A stretch of DNA of 64,000 nt from contig CAWCBP010000001.1 in NCBI GenBank assembly GCA_963793865.1, positions 960,001 to 1,024,000 on the forward strand, given 5' to 3'. This DNA comes from an uncultured delta proteobacterium. GTDB lineage: Bacteria > Desulfobacterota > WTBG01. A program made the position numbers and the translations under genes. The notes under the pieces were generated by a model that was not told the DNA's origin, did no database searches, and saw only the letters and a list, made by a program, of their open reading frames with translations. Of the stretch, positions 61,953 through 64,000 are shown piece after piece; positions within the stretch are counted from its first letter, which is position 1, and each line of letters begins with the position of its first letter.

Positions 61953-63250
61953 ATGAAAATGGTCAGTAAAATAGTACCACTTTTTCTTTCCTTTTTTATT
62001 TTGTTCTTCTTCTGCCCATTAACCAATGCAGCGGTGACCCTTACTGTTGAAAACAGCGTGGGATACCCGGGTTCTAATGAAAGATCGGTGGATGTACGCC
62101 TTGATAATCCGGATGACAACATCCGTGCAGTAACGATAGATATTTGTGATGCGGATAATTACTTAACCTGTACAGGCTGTGCCTTATCAGAAAAGGATGA
62201 TAATCAATGTTTTACATGCTCAGCTACTGAGCAAGTCAATGGTTGCTGCAGGGTTGTATTGTATGCTTTGAACCCTGACGAGCTTATCGAACCCGGAACT
62301 GATTCTCTCATAACGGTCAACTACAGCATCTCCAATAGCGCACCTGTTCCGGTTTGCAGAAATCTCAATTTGCAAAACGTTCAGGTGTCAAATGAATTTA
62401 ATTTAGATGTGGATGCCATACCCATATCAGGAAACATGTGCTTCCAGAGGTGCTCCATAGATGGAAACTGTGTTGACAGCGCCTGGTGTAATGGGGCTGA
62501 GACGTGCAATACCGCAACCGGCATCTGTGAGGATGGCATAACTCAATGTCAATCTCCAACAGAAAATTTCTGCGAAGAGATCACTGAACAATGTGTGCCT
62601 CAACCACTTCAACCCATTGCTCTCTTTCTGGGCAGCTTCACGGCACCCCCCGGGTCACAAGGTACTACCGATCTTATCCTCTATAGACCAGACAACACGC
62701 TAACTGCAGTAGGGAAGATTGATATGACCATCTGCGATGTTGGTAACTATTTATCTTGTGTTGACTTCATCCCGAACTGCCTGTGGTATTATGATATTTC
62801 TGTGCAGGAACTGGAAAATGGGTGCTGTCAACTGAAGTTAGTACAAAACATAGAAACCTTATTTATACTACTAGACAGCAAACCTCTTGATATTGGCAGT
62901 CTCTCTTATACTGTTTCCGAAGGGGCTCCTTTAGGTGAATCGATAGAACTCAATCTTGAAAATGTACGAGTATTTGAGTATGACACTAATAATGAGTTGG
63001 GGGTGTCAACATATCCAGGGGCCATTTGTTTCTCATCAGATCCTGATAACGATGGTGTTTCAGATTGTGAGGATAACTGCCCTTCCGCCTCTAATCCCGA
63101 CCAGGCAGATATCGACGGTGATGGCATTGGGAATGTATGCGATATCAAGAATAATGCCATCCCCACCCTCAGCGAGTGGGGAATGATTATCTTTATGACC
63201 ATCATCATGGGAACGGAGTTGTTTTTATTTTGAGACGAAAAACAGCTTGA
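61953..63250 (+). CDS. IPTL-CTERM surface protein with two cohesin-like domains, Cys-rich repeat and TSP3 repeat; frameshift near 63213
   Basis: Signal peptide; two repeats sharing ICD..NYL.C...NGCC...Y..S..AP...LNL.NV.V...G..CF; DNDGVSDCEDNCP...DGDGIGNVCD; IPTLSEWG + TM; GVVFILRRKTA* in another frame. Confidence 0.82.
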
Positions 63251-63273
63251 AGGTGAAAACCTTTTAACTAATT

Positions 63274-63858
63274 ATGCAGAAGAAAAGCAGGGCTGATCGC
63301 CGAAGGGAAACACTCAAGACAAAAGATGCATTATCTTTAGCAGAAAAAATCAAACCTTTCCTTTCATTCAAACATCCCGTTACCAGATTCTGCCTCGTTT
63401 TTGCAGCACTTCTTATACTCTTCTCAATTATCATGTTTCAAAAATCAGTGGAACAGTACTTTGTCCATCCCTTCACCGTTGTTATTGCTTCCCTGTCGGC
63501 CTGGGTTCTCAAAATGCTTGGCATGAAGGTCGCTGCAGGGGGAATTACCATTACAGGTGAGGGCTTCAGTGTGGAGATTTTGGGTAACTGTAATGCCATA
63601 TTTGAAATGGGGTTATTCTTTTGCGCAGTTCTCGCATTTCCTGCAAAAGCAACCGAGAAGGCATTGGCTGGTTTTCTGGGTATCATCTTTATCTATTGTC
63701 TGAATCTCCTGCGTGTGGTATCTCTCTTTCTGGTTGGTGTCTACGCCCCTCAGCATTTCGATGAGTCCCACGTCTATGTCTCGCAAACCATCTTTATTGT
63801 CCTTGTCTCCTTTTTCTGGCTCCTCTGGATCGGGAAATGGGTCAAGAGAAGCACATAG
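63274..63858 (+). CDS. xrtH: exosortase H (IPTLxxWG-CTERM-specific)
   Basis: Catalytic C (GNCNA), R (LNLLRVVSL) and H (HVYVSQ); adjacent to an IPTL-CTERM gene. Confidence 0.85.
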   Translation: MQKKSRADRRRETLKTKDALSLAEKIKPFLSFKHPVTRFCLVFAALLILFSIIMFQKSVEQYFVHPFTVVIASLSAWVLKMLGMKVAAGGITITGEGFSVEILGNCNAIFEMGLFFCAVLAFPAKATEKALAGFLGIIFIYCLNLLRVVSLFLVGVYAPQHFDESHVYVSQTIFIVLVSFFWLLWIGKWVKRST

Positions 63859-64000
63859 TACCATTCTGCAGTTCCTGGTCCGATTCCTTCTCTTTTATGT
63901 TGCCTGCACAATCTTCTGGCTTCTGGTACACACATACTATGAATCATTTCTTTGGTTTGTTACCATTAAAGCAAGCCCCTTGCTCGGCCAGCCGTCTTTT
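63837..64000 (+). CDS. partial membrane protein following xrtH (probable exosortase-associated protein)
   Basis: Open hydrophobic frame ILQFLVRFLLFYVACTIFWLL... to the window end; joining it to ATG 63837 needs a 1-nt correction. Confidence 0.4.
   Translation, partial: MGQEKHIVPFCSSWSDSFSFMLPAQSSGFWYTHTMNHFFGLLPLKQAPCSASRL

Noticed and set aside
11150..63250. Programmed frameshifting or Sec/UGA readthrough explaining split genes
   Set aside because: Breaks are frame changes in unrelated genes, not in-frame UGA, and I saw no common slippery site or stimulator

Overview
A 64 kb stretch of bacterial chromosome, most consistent with an anaerobic deltaproteobacterium (Desulfobacterota-like). This is inferred from MglA, DUF4388, folE2, selA, exosortase H, W-type AOR and gene order. 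Much of it is housekeeping: moaA (partial), hisD, murA, prmC, prfA, rpmE, rho, coaE, rluD, selA, queD, folE2, an OFOR-icd-fumC cluster, dgt, smc, ftsY, a peptide ABC transporter, mlaEFDC, an MltD-like gene, asnS and three tRNAs. I saw no integrase, prophage or CRISPR array. Four candidate novel systems stand out. (1) A 51-58 kb accessory cluster with two divergent proteins of the HemF/ferredoxin-dependent bilin reductase fold, an MFS transporter, a 7TM protein with a TM7 lysine, a cysteine hydrolase, a nitroreductase and an atypical AOR. (2) An MglB-less, C-terminally extended MglA GTPase that shares a near-identical Zn-ribbon with a divergently encoded membrane SPOR protein. (3) A secreted 2x4-heme cytochrome with Ig-like tail domains and a structured leader. 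(4) A double cohesin-like IPTL-CTERM surface protein next to exosortase H. At least six single-base frameshifts, several in homopolymers, suggest assembly errors. All family calls come from motif recognition by eye, not database searches.
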